A stretch of DNA of 64,000 bases from Bugula neritina (taxonomy: Eukaryota; Animalia; Bryozoa), in the NCBI GenBank assembly GCA_964035545.1, contig OZ037766.1:9476722-9540721 (forward strand). Reading direction: 5' to 3'. Within the stretch, counting starts at the first letter, position 1. Each line of letters begins with the position of its first letter. Below are positions 1 through 10,200 of this stretch, one piece after another. The notes beneath the pieces were generated by a model. It worked only from the letters and a program-made list of their open reading frames with translations, ran no database searches and was not told the DNA's origin. The position numbers and the translations under genes were made by a program.

Positions 1-560
1 CCCCCCCCCGTTACCCCTACTATTTAAACATTATATTTTACTCTTGCTATACAGTGTGTACATTTCATGCTTTTACTATATAAATTTATTGTAGACTTCG
101 CGGTGTTATTTTAATAAAATACATCAGTTAGAATCTAATCCACCAGAAAAAGCTGCATTATCACACAATAAATATCTAGCAACACTGAAGTGCTGCTAGA
201 AATAAGGATAGCTATTATGAGTTGAAACTGGTCCACCGGTCTGTCTATACCAAATATCTTTCGAATTAGTGTTGCTTTATTGGAGAATCACGTTGAAACA
301 ACAGTGTCTTCATGCCATCAAGTAGCTTTTGAGTTTAAGCTTATCCAAGAGCTAGCAAGTATAAATTACTAAAATATTTTGCTATTATAAAAGGCATGTG
401 CTGTAGATAGGATCCAACAAAGTTTATCTCCCATGTTTGAACAAGACCCTAACAGTGTGATAAGGTAGCAATATGATGACTGATAGGCAATGTGCTGCAT
501 TGCAGAATCAAATGTTTTGGTGTTCAGTAGATTAACTGCTAAAGCTAAAGTACTTTGTAA

Positions 561-613
561 AAAGGTGCAAGAAGATACAAGAAGGTACCAGAAGGTGCAA
601 GAAGGTGCAAGAA
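561..613. repeat. Short 10-bp tandem repeat (GAAGGTGCAA-like, ~5 copies) just upstream of carrier A start codon
   Basis: aaaggtgcaa gaagatacaa gaaggtacca gaaggtgcaa gaaggtgcaa read directly. Confidence 0.7.
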
Positions 614-638
614 AAGCTAAAAGTACACATAAAATAAA

Positions 639-3081
639 ATGTCTTCTACTGAAAATATTCAGTCTGGCAAGAGAGAAGTCTATCTCAGGTTCTTGTTGGG
701 AGGTTTATCAAATGGCACCGGCTCAGCAGGTGAAGTTGCATGTGTCCTACCAGTTATTGCTACTATTAATAGATATAGCAATATCAAAAAGCAGTGCATA
801 TTGTAATGAAAAATATGTATTTTAAAATTATTTAAAAAATTTTTTGCAAGCATATTACATAATAATATAGTTTTAAAACAGTAGTACTATAGTATAAATT
901 TTTATGCATGCTAAAAAAGCTGTGAGAATTAATATTTAATTGTTGTAGAACCAAATCTTAATTATATTTATTTCACTCACTTCAACCCGTTTTTGAATGG
1001 CTAAATATTAACATATATTATAACATAATGTTATAATAGGTATTAGAGCTCTATGTTTCGCTATGCTACAACGTTGTTATAATAAACCAGATGTATTATA
1101 GCAGCTAGGTATGGGCATAGTTAAAATAGCAAAAACTATGGCTATCACTTCTGTACCTAATTAACCCGTTAGATTGCAGATTGCATAATTTTGTTCAGAA
1201 TTGATTTATTATAGCTATTTAGTAAAATAAAGACTTGGTCTCAACTATATAAACAAATCAAGCATATGATGGCTCCTTATTTTGCATGTACTGCTCAATA
1301 AATAAGACCTCTCTCTGTTACAGTAATGCACCCAATGGACACCATGAAGGTTCGGCTGCAGTTAGACAATGAGCTCTCAGCTAAAACTAATAACATATTT
1401 AAAGATAGATACTACAAAGGAGTGTTTAGAGGTTGTTACAGAGTGATTAGTGAAGAAGGTATTAGGGCTCTGTACAGAGGGTAGTATAGAAGTAATAAAT
1501 ACCCTAGCTGTACCAACAGCTAGTTCAAGAGTAATGATTGCAAGCCTTTTGCACAACGTATCGTATTTTATCATTCAAGTTGCGAAGTGGCTGCGCAGCA
1601 GGTTTTAGCTGGCATACCAAATCTTACGGTAAATCATCTATTATAGAGCTTTTCTTGAGCTGTCCATGACAGTCTTAAACCATGTGGCAAATAACGGAAA
1701 ATTGTCAATCAGCAATATGTCCCTAAACTCAAACTTGTACCACATCTTCATTGATTAAACTGAGATATTCTGCAACCATTTACAAGCTAATGTTGACCCC
1801 TATTCTAAAATTTTAAGAATAAATCTTAATTCATCTGTGGGAGCATCCATTCGCATAATGCAAGGCAATAGAAACGCAGTGCATTACTCTGAACTTTTGA
1901 GAGTGAATCTTCTCCTTGTAGTCTTACTGCTTCCATGCTCCGTGAAATCACATATAGTTCTATAAGAAGTGGCTTCTACGAGCCAATCAAAGTTCTTCTT
2001 GGCGGAACAGACAGACACCACACTTCCATGCATGTAAAGATAGTAGCTGGAGCCACTGCAGGTTAGATACTGTCTTAAATAAAATTATAATCATTAAGAA
2101 AGACAACTCTCAGCATTGCAACATCTTGAACTTTTCAGGATTGCTTGGAAGTGCATTTACAACTCCAACTGATATACTGAAAGTGAGGCTACAAGCAGAT
2201 GGTATTAGAAAGAAGTCGAGATTATACAGAAACACTTTAGACTGTTTTCTACAACTTTATAAGCAGCAAGGGTTTACAGGATTGTTCACTGGAGCTACAC
2301 CCAACATGATGAGAGCTGTTTGTCTTACGTCCATGCAGGTAAAGTAAACTATCTATAACTAGACTACAGTTGCTTGCTAAATATCCATCAGGCAAATGGT
2401 TTGTAAATCATAAATAAATTGTCATTGTTGCAGTTCCCAGTATATGATCACACTAAGCACACTCTACTCAACTACAACATTCTGAATGAAGGCTTCCCTC
2501 TGCACTTGGTGAGCTCAGTGACAGCAGGGCTGGCAGCAGCTGTGGCCAGTAATCCTCTCGACACCATCAAAGCCAGAATAATGAATCAGAGACCAGCAGG
2601 TAGGAGGGTTGAATATCAGGGTTTGATATGACCATGCATTCCCAATGAATTCCCAATCTGATTGAATTATGAGAGTTGATTTTTCACTTGATACATGGAG
2701 ACAGGTCAATGAATGAAACCACAGTCATAAGTTGGGGTAAACCCGAACTACAAATCAATCCTTATGAGCATCTGTACTTTCTACAGAAATGGGTTGTAAA
2801 AAAATAATTAATAATAGTTATAATATCTCTTAAATTTCCTTATAGACAATTTGTTCACATGTTTTATGAAAGGTAATTTAAAATGAAAGTTACTATTTAA
2901 TTTTTCAGATCGAAAGTATATATCACCTGTGGATGTCTTTGTAAAAACATTGAAGGCTGAAGGACCTCTGGCTTTTTTTAAAGGAACTACAGCAAGTTGG
3001 GCGAGACTTGGTCCAGGATTCTGTATCTGCTTTTCTGTGTATGAAAAGCTGAGAGTTTTGTGCAATGTGGACCCAATTTAA
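639..3081 (+). CDS. SLC25 mitochondrial carrier, UCP/DIC/OGC-like, copy A (6 exons, ~308 aa)
   Basis: Exons 639-729, 1324-1480, 1922-2061, 2139-2338, 2434-2599 and 2909-3081 have GT-AG introns and join in frame (927 nt). Three Px[DE]xx[KR] carrier motifs (PMDTMKVR, PTDILKVR, PLDTIKAR), EG..ALYRG/EG..AFFKG motifs, and UCP-like LREITYSSIR and WARLGP. Confidence 0.9.
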
Positions 3082-3716
3082 CAGTAGCTAGGAAATAGGT
3101 TGTGCTGTAACAGCATTCAAACTCATCGCCAGTGTTAGAATTAGTAGTAAAGCTGCTTGTAAAGCTGCTTGTAAAATTTTAGCCTTTATAACTTTTGTAC
3201 ACATTTATAAATATATAATACGTTTTTATTTAAAAAGTATAGACTGTTATAAATATACTTATAAAAACAGCTCCTGACTTGGTATAGTTTTAAAAGTTCA
3301 TAATTTGATCCTGTTGGATGCAGTTGTCAACAGCATTATAGTTGCTTATTCACACAGGCTGTAATATAAAACATAAAGATTTGAATTTGGGAGATATTAT
3401 TCAGGGAAAAGGCTATAAGGACAGCATATTACATTTACTAGATCTAGTTTTAATTCAAATGTAAACAGTATATTGGCAGACTGGCTGCAGCAAGCAAAAT
3501 ATAGCAGTCATTTATAATAATAATAATATATTACATAAATCAGATCAAATTGGGCCAGTCACTATACAGAGATGTTTTTTTTTGTATTGGGGCATGCTTT
3601 ATCAACTTGTACTAATATAGTATATTTGTATTTTAAAAGGTTTGAAATAATTATGCAATACTCAAAAAAATATATATAGACCCTAAATTAAATATCTGAA
3701 AGCTTTACTATTTTTC

Positions 3717-3720
<4 letters not shown>

Positions 3721-3782
<62 letters not shown>
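3721..3782. repeat. (TA)n microsatellite
   Basis: Pure TA run. Confidence 0.98.
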
Positions 3783-3784
<2 letters not shown>

Positions 3785-3851
3785 GACAATTTTATCTGAC
3801 GAGTGCACATCGTTTTGTGTACGAAACTAATAGTAATAAATGTCATTATAT
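3778..3851 (+). ncRNA. Minimal type I hammerhead ribozyme (Penelope-like element type)
   Basis: Core CTGACGA 3796-3802. Stem II GTGCACA 3803-3809 / TGTGTAC 3816-3822. GAAA 3823-3826. Short palindromic stem III ACTA-A-TAGT. Cleavage triplet GTA 3833-3835. Stem I TTTAT 3791-3795 / ATAAA 3836-3840, a 2-nt bulge, then ATATAATGACA 3778-3788 / TGTCATTATAT 3841-3851. Confidence 0.85.
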
Positions 3852-3881
3852 TAGTCAAATCTCATTTCATTTCTTCTAATA

Positions 3882-4014
<133 letters not shown>

Positions 4015-4218
4015 CTGATCATTAATTTAAAAATACTATAAACTCGTATTATACACTGGACTACAAATGGCCAAGGTTGCGCTAGCAGAAAAATTGTTTG
4101 CAGATAAAAAAAAGATAAGCAGGGGTGTTGAAGATAATAACAAACGAGACTGGTCATATGAACCACTACTCGGGGTTATTTTTAATAGAAAGTAAAATTG
4201 CGTTAAAAATAGTAAAGT

Positions 4219-7200
4219 ATGACTTCCCGTGGTGGAACTATTCAGTCTGACAGGAGAGAGGTTTTATTGAGGTTTTTACTGGGTGGAATATCTAGCAATA
4301 TAGCGTCAGCATGTAAGTATTCTGTCAGCAGATAAGTATTCTGTCAGTAAGTATTGGTGCAACTATTCTTAGAAGTCTAACAATAAGGATTTGGTTAAAA
4401 GATCTTTACTTGGAATATTTGAATTAAAAGCATTTGTATCATCAAATCGGTACAATTTGAAAGGCTGTCAAACCAAGTCCAACAGGAGAGGGGTAATGCA
4501 ACGGCCAAGCAAGCTACATGTATACACCACAATCATCAATACAGGAGCCGATATGTTGAAATTATTCCTAGCTGTCTTCCAATGTTTTAATTTATTGTAT
4601 CATATACTTGATTTCTGCTCATAACTGTAATGCAGATTGCTGATGTTGGCAATTATGGGTTACCATCTGTAAAGGATCTAACAAAGAAGCATGATAGCCC
4701 TTGTTACAAATACCACTAGAACTTTTATTTTTAGCTTTTAATGGTGATATTTGTTATTATTAGATAGTTCATTCTCCTGTGCAGCAGTCAGCTGCCTAAT
4801 AATAGGTAAAGCCTAACCGCCACCTTTGTTGAAGTCAGCTTTTAGGGTTTGACAGGAACTGATCCATCTTCCTTTATGAGGTCATTACATGTGCCCCATA
4901 GTTAGCTGACCCTAATTATAGCTAAATTTAGATGTAATTACCTTTTCTTTGTGATTGCCCTGGTATTTAAGGCAGCATTGAAACTCCAAAAAGACAGTCA
5001 CTCATGTAGCCTAAGCTGAGCTACTTATTTTGTTAAGTTAAGTGACAAAGAGCTAAATTTTGAAGATATTATAGCAAGCTCGTCAAGAGAATAAAGGTAT
5101 TTTATTATTATTCTTTGCTATTTTTAACTTGATAATGCTTTATGTCTTTTATTACAATTTTTATTGCTGTTATATTTTAATATTATATCGTGATGTTTGC
5201 TGGTATTTGAACAACTGTATTGTATGAGTTTTAGCACACCTATATGTATTCTTTATGTTACTTGTAGTTTTTACGATTTAGAAGAAAATTAATAAAAGTG
5301 AGAGATTTGTTAAAACTTCTTCTCAGTCCGTACCAAAACCATTTTTGTGGCGAGACCTTGCTCAACAGTAAAAACTTTATCTAAAGTGGTGAAGCAGTAA
5401 AGCGCTGCTTCCAAGTGGTGGTGAGAGAATAAAGATTCCTTTCCAAGTGGTTGTGAGAGTCGGCAGTGAAGTCCTCGTCTCCAACTAGAGATAGCAGTCC
5501 GTCAAGTTCCATTTCGCAGCATTTTCCCTACTACCTACCCACTCCTTTCCAAGAAGTCGTACCTTCAGCCAAGAGGACAATTTCAGCATTAACATTTCAT
5601 TTGGAATTAATTGAAACCTCCATTCATTCCGGAAGTAGAAGAAGGGGTGAGCAATTATATTCTTAAATACCAGGCAATCTAGGGCTTATATAGTAACTTA
5701 GTATAGGAGTATTATTTGGTCCCTTTGTTGTATTGCATGTGATGACCTTGCATTGAGGGTGAGGTCGGTTCCTTGTTAATTGTTGAAATTAATTAGTTGG
5801 CATTTTCTGGTGGTGTTAGGTTGATGAATTCATAGGTTAGGAAAATTGCTTAGTAATTACTTGACAAATTAGTTGTAACGTTTTAAGTGGTGTTTGAAAC
5901 AAAAATCATGTCTTCTATACATAGTGGTAGCCGTATTTCTGAAACTAGGAAAAGTAGCAGAACTAGGGGTTTATCTGAAAAGGCTCAAGAAAATGAGCTG
6001 GTAAAAGGATTAAAGTCTGTAAATTCTTGTATCCGTAAATTTAACAAGCTGTTGAAAAGTCAACCAGTTAATAATCCAGAAAATATTTCTGAGATGCAAA
6101 GCGCAGTTTTAGAAGTTCAAACCGAGCTGCATGTTCTTGGCAATTTACCAACTAGCAGTAGTAGTGAAGATCTTAGTGAGGTAGCTAAGCAAGTAGAAAC
6201 AATGGCTAAAGTTCTTGAATCTATGCAAAAAGGTACTGAAATTGATCAAGGGCAACACAGTGCCTCACCTCCTCTTGAAGTTCAAAGCCCTAAGCATTCA
6301 ACTAAGGCTAGTAGCATTTCCGCTAAAAGTAATAGGTCAATTCGAGTGGTTAAGAATAAACTTGCAGCAGCAAATGTTGATATAGAGTTAGAAACTTTAA
6401 GAAAGCAAGCACAGTTGAAAGCACAAATAGATGCAATGCAATTAGAATTGCAAGCTAGCGAATTAGAAGCTAAAAAGCAAAGAATTATGGTTAGGCGTGA
6501 CGTATTAGAAGAATATGATGTAGATGAGAGGGAGGAAATAGAAGACGCTCTTGATGTAATTTCTTTGCATGGCGACCCAATCATTCCTCCTCTCGAAAGA
6601 GTAGCTGTAGGTGAAAATTTGAATGTTATAGCACCTAGTTTAAACAATGAGCATCCAGCAATAGGTAACGGGCAGTCTTTGAGCAGTAACAATATCAGTG
6701 ATATACATGTCCTTGCAGATTCTATAACTAAAGCTATGCATGTAAATCGTCTCCCCATACCTGAACCACCAGTTTTCTGTGGCAACCCTCTTGAGTATGC
6801 TGATTGGGAAATTTCCCTTAGAACTCTTATTGAGAGAACTAATATTCCTGAATCTGATAGAATTCATTATTTGAAAAAATATGTGGGAGGTAGTGCAAGG
6901 GAGGCAATTAGTGGATATTTCCTACTAAATTGTGATGATGCATATTGTAAGGCAAAGGAAATTTTACGTGAACGTTTTGGTTCTAGCTATACAGTAGCTG
7001 AATCCTTTAGAACAAAACTAAATAATTGGCCTAAGATCAAACCTCATGACAGAATTTCTATTCAGAAATATTCAGATTTCTTGTGCCAATGTGAAGCTGC
7101 CATGCTTAGATTTGATGAGTTAAATATTCTCAATGATTCCCAGCAAAATAAATCCATGTATGAAAAACTTCCTGACTGGATGTCAAGTAGGTGGAAAAGG

Positions 7201-10200
7201 AAGTTAACGCAATTTAGAAAGGCAAATGGTGCTTATCCAAAGTTTGGCTTGTTTGTAGAGTTTGTAAAAACTGAATCTGATATTATTAATGACCCTGTGA
7301 CAGCTAGTGTGGACCATGCTGATAGGATAGATGCTAAAAGACCAATAAGCAGCAGTTATAGTAAACCAGTGGCTAACACACGTGTAACTTCTCTTACATC
7401 AAGCAAGCACTGTATATTTTGTGACATGAGTAACCACGAAATTGATGAATGCTTCAAGTTTGGCAAGTTGTCAGTACATGAAAGAAAGCAGTATGCAAGT
7501 AGATATAGGCTTTGTTTTCAATGCCTTAAGGCAAATCACATCAAGGCTCAATGCAACAAAGTATGTATCTGCAAAAAATGCCAAGGCAAGCACCCCACTA
7601 GCATGCATTATGGTAGCACACGTGACAATGCAGGGAATATTGGAAGGTCTCTGTCTAATAGTGGAAGTTATACCCAAAATGATGGTCATTATAGTAGCAA
7701 AGTTACTAGCAAAAGCAGTGTAACCAATGATAAAGGAAATGTAGCATCAAACATAGATAGTGCTAGCAATGCAAACAACTGTAGTACTGTAAGAGCTAAT
7801 TCTGGCCTGAGTTCCATGGTAGTGCCAGTCTGGCTGTGTGATGCAAGTGCACCCGAAAAGGAAATCTTGGTATATGCTATGCTTGATACCATGTCTGACA
7901 CTACCTTTATTACAACTCAAGCAGCAGATTGTTTAAATGCACCAGGTGAAGCAACCTCATTAAAACTTACAACTATGAATGGCACTAAAAGCTCAAATGA
8001 ATGCTGTAGGTACAGTGGTTTGATGGTTCGTGGGTATAACAATGCTGACAAAATAGCTATTCCTTGTGCATATTCAACTAAAGTTATTCCCCTTGACAAG
8101 TCACATATTCCATCTGCCAAAGTAGCAAATGCATGGCCTCATTTGCAGCAAATAGCACATGAATTCCCAAGTCTTGAAAATGTACCAGTTTCTATGCTAA
8201 TTGGTTATGATGTGTCTAAAGCACTTATGCCACAGCAGTTAATAGTAGGATCTCATGACACTGACCCATTTGCTGTTAGAACACCTCTAGGGTGGTGCAT
8301 TGTGGGAAATACCAGCTACCCTGGCAGTAAGCAATTTAGCACGTGCTGTAGGACAGTAACCTTGACCAATGAGCATGCATGCAAAAATGAACAGACAGCT
8401 GTAACCTTTGATTGTGCTACTGCAAACTCAAGCAAGCAAATATTGCCTCAAAATGTACTTGAATTGCTACAGCAAGACTTCATGGAAAATCAAACTAGAG
8501 CATGCACAACTATGTCACAAGAAGATAAGCTATTTGTTTCCAAATTAGAAGCAGGTATTGAGCAAAATGAAGGGGGTTATATCACCATGCCTTTGCCATT
8601 TAAAACTGATGCCAAGCCCTACCTACCCAATAACCGCTTGATGGCTGAAAAGCGACTTGAGTCACTTAAGACTAAACTTAGCAAGAATGAGCACTTGAAG
8701 CAGGATTATTTAAAATTCATGAATGACGTAATTGATGCTGGTGATGCTGAGCTAGTGCCAGAGTGTGAAAAATCTTAAAACAACAGTACATGGTACATAC
8801 CACATTTTGGTGTCTATCATCCCAAAAAACCAGAGAAAATCCGAGTGGTTTTTGATTGTAGTGCTAAATATGCAAACTTGTCTCTCAATGACCATCTTAT
8901 TCAGGGCCCTGACCTAATGAATAGGCTGGTAGGTGTTCTACACAGATTTAGAAAAGGCCAAGTAGGGATTATGTGCGACATACAGAAAATGTTTCACATG
9001 TTCAAAGTTCACAAAAATGACAGAGACTACCTTCGGTTTTTATGGTACACTGATGCTAGTTTAACAAAAGTAGCAGAGTACAGAATGACTGTACATTTGT
9101 TTGGTGCGACATCTTCACCAGGATGCGCCACCTTTGGTTTACGTTACTTGGCAAATAAAAATCACGATGCAAACGATGAACACAGTGTTAGAGCTAAAGA
9201 TTTTATAATCAATGATTTCTATGTTGATGATGGATTATTGAGCTTAAATTCAGTAACAGACATGGCCAATGTAATTTCTCAAGCAGTGGATCTTTGCAAA
9301 ACAGGAAATATTAGGTTGCATAAGTTTGTAAGCAACAGTACACAGCTCCTAGATACAATACCAAATTCAGAAAAAGCTGAAACAATTAAGGACTTGAATT
9401 TGAACACAGGCAACAGTGTTCTGCCCATGGAAAGAGCATTAGGCATTAAATGGTGCACGCAGTCTGACAATTTTAAATTCTCAATGAATCTCAAACAAAT
9501 CGAGCCAGCTACAAAGCGTAGAATTTTGTCAACAGTAGCATCTTTATTTGACCCTCTAGGCTTCTTATCTCCTTTCATACTGTGTGGCAAAAAGATTTTG
9601 CAATCTATATGTAAAGATGGGACAACATGGGATGCCCCAGTAAATGAAGATGTTAGTGCTCAGTGGCTCTCCTGGAAACATGAATTTAACATGCTAGACA
9701 ATGTAGCAATACCTAGATGCATATATCCTGCTAATTTTGATACAATTGTGAAAATTGAGCTGCATCACTTTTCAGATGCTAGTGCAATAGGTTATGGTCA
9801 ATGCTCCTATATCAGACTTGTAAACAACCATGGTGATGTTCATGTTGCTTTGCTTAGCGCTAAATCCAGAGTAATTCCATTGAATAAGTCAGTAACCATA
9901 CCTCGGGCTAAACTACAAGCAGCTGTAATGTCTGCAAAATTGGCTGATTCTCTTAAAGCAGATCTTAAAATTGAAAATATCACAGATGAAATATTTTGGA
10001 CAGATTCAAAAGTTGTTCTAGGCTACATAACCAATGAGGTAAAGAGGTTTCATGTTTATGTTGCAAATAGAGTGCAACAAATTAGAGATCTTAGTACACC
10101 TAACCAATGGCAGTACATTAACACACAATCTAACCCAGCTGATATAGCATCTAGGGGAATTTCATCTATTGCCAAGTTGCTAGATTCCTGTTGGTTCAAT

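Noticed and set aside
490-825. 111-aa ORF
   Set aside because: It overlaps the real exon 1 of carrier A in another frame and a 10-bp repeat; no recognisable protein.
6282-9590. Antisense and alternative-frame ORFs inside the retrotransposon
   Set aside because: Shadows of the gag-pol frame with no independent motifs.
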